Positions 63,760 through 64,000 of a stretch of 64,000 bases of DNA are shown in pieces (positions within the stretch are counted from its first letter, which is position 1; the number at the start of each line of letters is the position of its first letter). The notes under the pieces were generated by a model, which saw nothing but the letters and a program-made list of their open reading frames with translations, was not told where the DNA came from and made no database searches. A program made the translations under genes and the position numbers. Origin of the DNA: Nostoc sp. (GTDB lineage Bacteria; Cyanobacteriota; Cyanobacteriia; Cyanobacteriales; Nostocaceae); the NCBI GenBank assembly GCA_036918135.1, contig JBALDB010000032.1:32001-96000 (forward strand), read 5' to 3'.

Positions 63760-63885
63760 TGGGTGGCGGAGCAGGATTTGAACCTGCGACCTCTCGAACC
63801 CAATTCGATAACCCTCATTCGTCGGCCTTTGCAGGCAAGGGGTGAACAAGGATGTTTAGCGCTCTACCACTGAGCTACCCGCCAC
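63760..63885 (-). ncRNA. tRNA-like / Y-RNA-like ncRNA (unit 1, encoded 3' CCA)
   Basis: Acceptor TGGCGGG/TCCGCCA followed by C-CCA, D arm GCTC-AGTGGTA-GAGC, T arm GCAGG-TTCAAAT-CCTGC; TTGCCT-GCAA-AGGCCGA module in place of the anticodon. Confidence 0.8.
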
Positions 63886-64000
63886 ATGAAAATTTGGGAT
63901 TTTGATTTTAGATTTTAAATATGGTCCAAAATCTAAAATTATTTGATGTACTGGAGCAGGATTTTCACCTATATCTCCAGAAATTAAATTAAGGATGTTT

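Noticed and set aside
63426..63885. Ordinary tRNA genes, intron-containing tRNAs or tmRNA
   Set aside because: No 7-nt anticodon loop can be reconstructed consistently, the inserts are far too short for group I introns, and there is no tag ORF or tmRNA-scale length.
63426..63885. CRISPR array
   Set aside because: Units are >120 nt, divergent and tRNA-structured, with no constant repeat/unique spacer pattern and no cas genes in the window.

Overview
Chromosomal window from a filamentous heterocyst-type cyanobacterium (Nostocales-like). This is inferred from the dense HIP1 octamers (GCGATCGC), short tandem repeats, short dispersed repeats and an rnpB gene carrying tandem heptamers. The first ~18 kb is an organosulfur-scavenging region (acyl-CoA-dehydrogenase-like monooxygenase, SsuA-like binding protein, TauD-like dioxygenase). 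It is interrupted by a LysR-headed catabolic island and shares a candidate operator, TACGGTAA-N10-TTACCGTA. The middle holds housekeeping and accessory genes (galE, surE, psb32, rnc, rnpB, corA, CIRCE-regulated groEL), a TIR-transmembrane-ligand-binding fusion, an inactivated Doc toxin and several pseudogenes. The most striking signal is at the right end: a Ro60/TROVE gene flanked by at least four (probably five) co-oriented, non-coding tRNA-shaped RNAs. In these, the anticodon loop is replaced by a tetraloop-capped helix matching the Y-RNA Ro-binding bulged helix. They look like circularly permuted Y RNAs with real tRNA-type ends. No searches were run; all calls come from reading the sequence and ORF track.
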